NCBI GenBank assembly: GCA_039698055.1
Contig: JBDKTL010000029.1
Location: 1 to 41,153, forward strand
DNA: 41,153 bases
Source: Methanoregula sp.
Lineage (GTDB): Archaea > Halobacteriota > Methanomicrobia > Methanomicrobiales > Methanospirillaceae
Reading direction: 5' to 3'
Under the pieces are notes generated by a model that was not told the origin of the DNA, did no database searches, and saw nothing but the letters and a program-made list of their open reading frames with translations. Numbering within the stretch: the stretch's first letter is position 1; each line of letters begins with the position of its first letter. Made by a program: the position numbers and the translations under genes. Of the stretch, positions 36,362 to 41,153 are shown piece by piece.

Positions 36362-38316
36362 ATACCAAGCTCGGTACGTTTCCGTTCGATATGGTCGATG
36401 ATAAGCACGGATGCTTTCACCGGATCAGGCTCGACAGCAAAACTCGCATTGACAACACCATTGAGGCCATTGGTGAGCAGGTCAACCGTTGCCGGGCTGC
36501 CGGTAATCTTTGGCATCACACCAAGGACCGTATAGACACCCGATGCGACAAAATATGCACCGATGGACACGGCTTTCGGCGAATACCATTCAGGAGCAGC
36601 ACCGGCAATCGGGAGCTTGTGGATGCCGACGTTCAGCGCATTGCCAAGTTCCGCGGCGAGTACGAGCACCCGGGAGTTGTCCACGCAGGAACCCATGTGG
36701 AGCACCGGGGGAATCTTCAGCGACTCGCAGACCGCCCGCAGGTCATCACCGGCAAGTGCTGCTGCTTCCGGCCGGAGGAGCCCGGCTTTCCCGGAGGCGA
36801 TTGCGGCACACCCGGTCTCGACACAGAGAATATTCTTTTTGATGAGTTCCTTTGCAAGGGTGATGTGGCCGTAGTCGTGCTTCACATGCGGGTTGTTGCA
36901 GCCGACAATTCCGACAGCGCCCCGGATCTTTCCCGATGCAATCAGATCGATCAAGGGTTTCCACGAACCGCCCAGTGCATTTTTAATCGCTTCATTGGAG
37001 AAACCTGCCATGACCGGCACAGGTTCGCCCGGGATCAGGACACGCTGGGGGTTCCGGTTCTTATAGTTTTCAACTGCCATCCGGACGATGGCTTTTGCCG
37101 TCTGGTAGGCAGTCTCCGCGTGGAAATCGAAATAGAACGAGCCGGGCATCTGGGCTTTGGGACTTGTCGAAATAATGTGCGTGTGGAAACAGCTCGCCGT
37201 TCGCGGCAGCGAGGGGAAGATGCACTGGTAATCGACAATCATCGCTTCAAGCGCCCCGGTTGCGATCACCAGTTCCTGGTTTAAGTGGTTGCCGGTCATC
37301 GGGATGCCTTTTCTCATTAAGAGCTCGTTACCCGTGCAGCAGAGCCCGACAAGGTTGATCCCTTTGGCGCCAACGCTTGCGGCCAGTGCTTTCATCTCCG
37401 GGTCAGATGCCGCCTTCACGATCATTTCCGAGAGCATGGGATTGTGGCCATGCAGGGATATGTTCACCTGGTCGGTCTTGAGAACCGCAAGGTTAATCAT
37501 CGAATGGTTGATGGTTGGCGTGCCAAAAAGAACGTCGGAAATTTCGGTTCCGATCATCGACCCGCCCCACCCGTCACCAAGCGATGCCCTCAGGCCGTGG
37601 AGCAGGATGTTTGCATAATCCGCACCTACACCCATATGGACCCGGTGCATCGCTTCAACAATCTCACGGTCGATACCCCGCGGGGTGATGCCGGCCTTCT
37701 CCCAGAGATCACGGGTTGCCTGTGGTGCACGCTTCAGGAAGGACAGGGTATTTTTCTTCATCCCGTATTCTTCGATCATCGCACTCCCGAGCTCGGCAGC
37801 AAGGGTCTCGGGACTTTTATTGCCGGTCGCAATTCCGTACACGTCACAGAGCCGGGCAAGTTTTTCCGGGTCGGCAATTGTGTAGTCTTTGGTCTTACCG
37901 GTTCCGACCATATAGAGGGTTTCCACGATATCGCGGCCATGATCGGAATGGGCGGCAGCCCCTGTCGCAATCATGTCGAGCAGGTTCCGTGAAACGATCA
38001 GGTCTGCATCGGCACCACAGACGCCGCGCAACCGGTGCGGGGGGATGATCCGGCACGGGCCCATGGCGCACCGTGAGCAGGATACACCGGTCTGGCAGTA
38101 CTTGCAGGGCGGCTGCTGCATCTCGAACCGGTCCCAGACGGTCTCAATGCCATCGGTCAGGGTACGTTCGAGGACCGGTTTTGCATTTTCATCAATGGTG
38201 CGTTCTTCTTTCTTCTGTTCAATCATCTGCGGGTTCAGCAGGGACATCCGGGCCCGGTCAAGTTCGCAGACATCGAGCCGCTCCCGGATTAAACGGGGTT
38301 TTGGTTCTTCTGGCAT
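36358..38316 (-). CDS. cooS: Ni,Fe carbon monoxide dehydrogenase catalytic subunit, bacterial CooS type
   Basis: B-cluster CSRCAMGPC...CG; C-cluster ligands HGHNP, CCTG, QCI, GCNN, GCA, GSCVD; HSDH and SPKA catalytic residues. Confidence 0.96.
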   Translation of the reverse strand: MPEEPKPRLIRERLDVCELDRARMSLLNPQMIEQKKEERTIDENAKPVLERTLTDGIETVWDRFEMQQPPCKYCQTGVSCSRCAMGPCRIIPPHRLRGVCGADADLIVSRNLLDMIATGAAAHSDHGRDIVETLYMVGTGKTKDYTIADPEKLARLCDVYGIATGNKSPETLAAELGSAMIEEYGMKKNTLSFLKRAPQATRDLWEKAGITPRGIDREIVEAMHRVHMGVGADYANILLHGLRASLGDGWGGSMIGTEISDVLFGTPTINHSMINLAVLKTDQVNISLHGHNPMLSEMIVKAASDPEMKALAASVGAKGINLVGLCCTGNELLMRKGIPMTGNHLNQELVIATGALEAMIVDYQCIFPSLPRTASCFHTHIISTSPKAQMPGSFYFDFHAETAYQTAKAIVRMAVENYKNRNPQRVLIPGEPVPVMAGFSNEAIKNALGGSWKPLIDLIASGKIRGAVGIVGCNNPHVKHDYGHITLAKELIKKNILCVETGCAAIASGKAGLLRPEAAALAGDDLRAVCESLKIPPVLHMGSCVDNSRVLVLAAELGNALNVGIHKLPIAGAAPEWYSPKAVSIGAYFVASGVYTVLGVMPKITGSPATVDLLTNGLNGVVNASFAVEPDPVKASVLIIDHIERKRTELGI

Positions 38317-38473
38317 CGCACAATTCTCCATAAGATATGCGTTGTTATTCTGTCATGTTTCATATAGTTAATGCTGAATTCTGATTTTTTTTTTAAAGAT
38401 CTGATTTTTTGACCCGTGCCACTTCAATAACGTTTATCAGGATCTTTGTTTAAAAAAACATGCAGGATCCCCT

Positions 38474-39136
38474 ATGTGCACCATTACGTCTGACCAGAAA
38501 AATGCCATCCTTGATGAAATTCTTGCGACCCGTCGCTCGCACCGTTTGTTCCTTCCCGATGTGCCGCCAGAGGACGATATCAGGAGAATTCTTCATGCGG
38601 GGCTTCTTGCACCGTTTGCAGCTGCCGCCGTGGGGGGAACAAAAGATTATTTCCGCCGGTTTTTTGTCATACGGCTGGGATCGCCGTCAATGGCCGCAGC
38701 ATCGGAATGCGCTATGACTCGCGTCAGGACAATGTCCGACGATCTTGACCGTGCAATGGAGAAAAATCCCCGGCTTCGCGCCCAGGCAGTCATGTTTGTC
38801 CAGCGATTGTCGATGATGAAAACAAAAGGGATGGTGCCGGGTATCGGGACTGCCCCGTATTACATCGTTGTTGCCGAACGACGGGGTTTTCCACCGGTCG
38901 AACTCCAGTCTCTTGCCCACTGCCTGGAGAATATGTGGCTGAAAGCCACGGCTCTTGACCTGGGGTTCCAGATCGTATCTGTCACGTCGGAGATGTCGGA
39001 CGATCCCGGATTCTGTGCGATTCTTGGGATTCCCCCGGGCGAGTGGATGCTGATGGGCTGTGCCATCGGTTACCCCAAAGACGAACTCTCCCCCTCGATT
39101 CGTCCGCCAGTTGAGGATGTTACGCACTGGCTTTGA
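38474..39136 (+). CDS. Nitroreductase family protein
   Basis: RRSHRLF, AGLLAP, ENMWLKATALDLG, AIGYP. Confidence 0.88.
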   Translation: MCTITSDQKNAILDEILATRRSHRLFLPDVPPEDDIRRILHAGLLAPFAAAAVGGTKDYFRRFFVIRLGSPSMAAASECAMTRVRTMSDDLDRAMEKNPRLRAQAVMFVQRLSMMKTKGMVPGIGTAPYYIVVAERRGFPPVELQSLAHCLENMWLKATALDLGFQIVSVTSEMSDDPGFCAILGIPPGEWMLMGCAIGYPKDELSPSIRPPVEDVTHWL

Positions 39137-39198
39137 TAATTTTTTTTCTTTATCGGTTCATGCGGGAATGGTCATGATTCCCCATTTTTTTTAAACTA

Positions 39199-39876
39199 TT
39201 AGCTTTCCTGTCCGGACGGTGCGCAGTCCATACTTTCACCGGGTTTGAGAATGACAACCTCGATATCGGTTGTCCGTTCGAGTGCTTTTTTTAATATCAG
39301 CGGGTCTGCCCGGATTTTATCCCACGTATTGTAATGAATCGGGATCACCCGTTTTGCACCGATGAACGATGCAGCCATCATCGCTTCTGCAGGGCCCATC
39401 GTATACCTCCCGCCGATGGGAAGCAGGGCAATATCCGGATGGTAAAGATCCCCTATCAGTTTCATATCGGAAAAGAGTGCGGTGTCCCCTGCATGATACA
39501 CCCGTACCCCATCCATGCCAATCACGTATCCCGCTGCCGTTCCACCGTAGCAATTGATACCTGCTTCTTCAATGGAGGAAGAGTGTAGTGCCGGTGTCAT
39601 CGTAAACGTTACACCATCAACCGTGATCGTCCCGCCAAGGTTCATCCCTTCGGCCGGGACGCCCTTTGTTGTTAAGTACCGGGCAATATCGTTGATCGCG
39701 ACGGTCTTTTTAGTGAGGGAAACCGTTTCACCCATATGGTCACGATGGCCATGGGTGACCGCAACAATATCCGGATTGGTATGTGCGACCGATGCTCCTT
39801 CTACGAATGGATCGATAAGCACTTTTTTTGTGCCGGAGAGCAGCACACAGGAATGACCCAGCCACGTAAGGTGCAT
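39199..39876 (-). CDS. UPF0173-like MBL-fold metal-dependent hydrolase
   Basis: WLGHS, IDPF, THGHRDH, ALHSS, HAGDT, LPIGG..TM, PIHYNT. Confidence 0.9.
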   Translation of the reverse strand: MHLTWLGHSCVLLSGTKKVLIDPFVEGASVAHTNPDIVAVTHGHRDHMGETVSLTKKTVAINDIARYLTTKGVPAEGMNLGGTITVDGVTFTMTPALHSSSIEEAGINCYGGTAAGYVIGMDGVRVYHAGDTALFSDMKLIGDLYHPDIALLPIGGRYTMGPAEAMMAASFIGAKRVIPIHYNTWDKIRADPLILKKALERTTDIEVVILKPGESMDCAPSGQES

Positions 39877-40161
39877 ATACACAGGTGTAGGTCGTGAAGT
39901 ATGAAATTTGTGTCGGTGTGTTGTTCATTGAGAGAGATATTTTATCTCATCGAACCGTTCCCGGAGGTTTTGAACAGATCCCCCTCATGCTGGTGTCGGC
40001 AGGCAGCAGGGAAAAGATACCGTCTTTTCCCATGACTAAAGAGGGATGTGCAGCCCCTGTTTTGAGGGCGAATACCAGACAACATGGATGCCCGGTTCAG
40101 ACCGGGAATGACGGGACTAAAAAAATGATGTGGGGTGAGCAGGGGATGCCAGATCGTTTTT

Positions 40162-40770
40162 TCACATTACATCAATTAATTCTGCTTCGGTGATATCGAT
40201 GGAATCACCAAGACTGTCTGCCGTGACATTTCGCGTCATCTGCTCTGACAGGTCACGGTCTTCCATCACATCACGAATACGGTCGATGTAGGGATCGATG
40301 GTGGGGTCTTCCTGTTCTTCGATCACGTGCCGGTATTCCCGGAGCGTGGAGGGGCTGACCCCGAGTTCTTCGGAAACTTCCTTCATGGTCTTGCCCGACT
40401 CCAGAAGTTCTTCCATTTTTACCTTGTCAAACGGCATTTTGAAATCCAGTTCACGGAAAAGTTTGAGCCGGACACGGGCCCGGGCGACAGTTTTTGACAG
40501 TTTCTCATCGCCCAGTTCCCGGGCAATCTCGGTATCGTTTTTCTCGGCGTAGAACGAGGTCACAAGTTTTGCCAGCTGGATCGGCTTTAAGGAAGTCTTG
40601 AAAATTCCCTGTTCTGTGATCTCCCTCATGACGAGTGCAACTTCGCGTTCTATGGCGTCACTATCCCGAAGGGTGCCATGAATATTTTTCATGGGCTCGA
40701 CAATTTTGGTCTTGCCGGACATTGTACTGAACAATTTCAGCAGCTGTAATTTTCGTTTGTCTTCAGTCAT
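40162..40770 (-). CDS. Conserved euryarchaeal HTH protein (resembles haloarchaeal Cmi4-type proteins)
   Basis: Two HTH-like segments (NDTEIARELG...TVARAR; TMKEVSEELGVSPSTLREY); family resemblance from memory only. Confidence 0.6.
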   Translation of the reverse strand: MTEDKRKLQLLKLFSTMSGKTKIVEPMKNIHGTLRDSDAIEREVALVMREITEQGIFKTSLKPIQLAKLVTSFYAEKNDTEIARELGDEKLSKTVARARVRLKLFRELDFKMPFDKVKMEELLESGKTMKEVSEELGVSPSTLREYRHVIEEQEDPTIDPYIDRIRDVMEDRDLSEQMTRNVTADSLGDSIDITEAELIDVM

Positions 40771-41027
40771 TGCATACCACGGCTTCGGATTAGGATATAC
40801 AATACTTCGTCAACTATTTAATTCTACCTTAATTCGTTGTTTGACCAAAAGAACTTTAAATTGATGATGGATGGTCTTTGTAACTCTAAAGAAATAAACC
40901 GCAGATCTCTTAAAAAATGTCATAAAGGGGGGCAAATCGCTTCTTTGAGATACCCCTCGCCCTTTACATGAAAATAAATACAAATCCCTGGTGTTTTTTT
41001 CACGAACCATAAAATAATTATTTTCGG

Positions 41028-41153
41028 GCTTTGTAGAAATGCTGAGTTCACAGAAGTAAAACAGTGACCGAAAGATCTAAGGTACAGTGCCTCCTTACTT
41101 TGTTATGCTACTAACGAAAAAGGAGGCAAAATAGTGTCGACAAACCGGTATAT
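41028..41153 (+). mobile_element. IS5-family insertion sequence, left end plus first codons of transposase (GTG 41134, MSTNRY...), runs off the window
   Basis: GCTTTGTAGAAAT terminus, 21-bp block shared with 545-565, AGGAGG RBS; STNRYI aligns with SASRNI of the left copy. Confidence 0.8.

Noticed and set aside
40810-41010. 66-aa ORF next to the right IS end
   Set aside because: AT-rich, no RBS or motif; probably promoter/intergenic DNA.
1-41153. Whole window as a composite transposon
   Set aside because: The two IS ends are diverged, outer ends and target duplications are not visible, and the interior is mostly housekeeping genes; contig breakage at IS copies is more likely.

Overview
Archaeal (methanogen) chromosomal segment. 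The gene content is typical of Methanomicrobiales, and a Methanoregula-like host is my inference. Both edges are the left ends of two related, outward-reading IS5-family elements, so the window is probably a whole contig broken at IS copies. From left to right it holds: (1) a divergent P-II gene and an orphan ABC ATPase; (2) a sigma-less partner-switching module (STAS + RsbW-type kinase + metallo-beta-lactamase fused to a degenerate histidine-kinase body); (3) a ~10.5 kb defence island, a type I R-M operon (hsdM...hsdS...hsdR-ygjP) interleaved with cargo: 46-aa ORF + PIN nuclease, DUF3800-like RNase H-fold gene, MNT antitoxin with a truncated HEPN partner, a nonsense-disrupted gene and Mrr; (4) housekeeping genes; (5) a bacterial-type ACS/CFeSP/RACo operon in which a folate-independent methionine synthase replaces acsE; (6) a separate cooS-cooC pair. 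The strongest unexplained signal is a ~260-nt highly base-paired element (12176-12436, minus strand) just downstream of the DUF3800-like gene. It has a tRNA-like acceptor stem and T-arm, a long three-part helix, a pseudoknot and a possible internal small ORF, and is a candidate protein + ncRNA defence system. All family calls come from motif recognition by eye; no searches were run.
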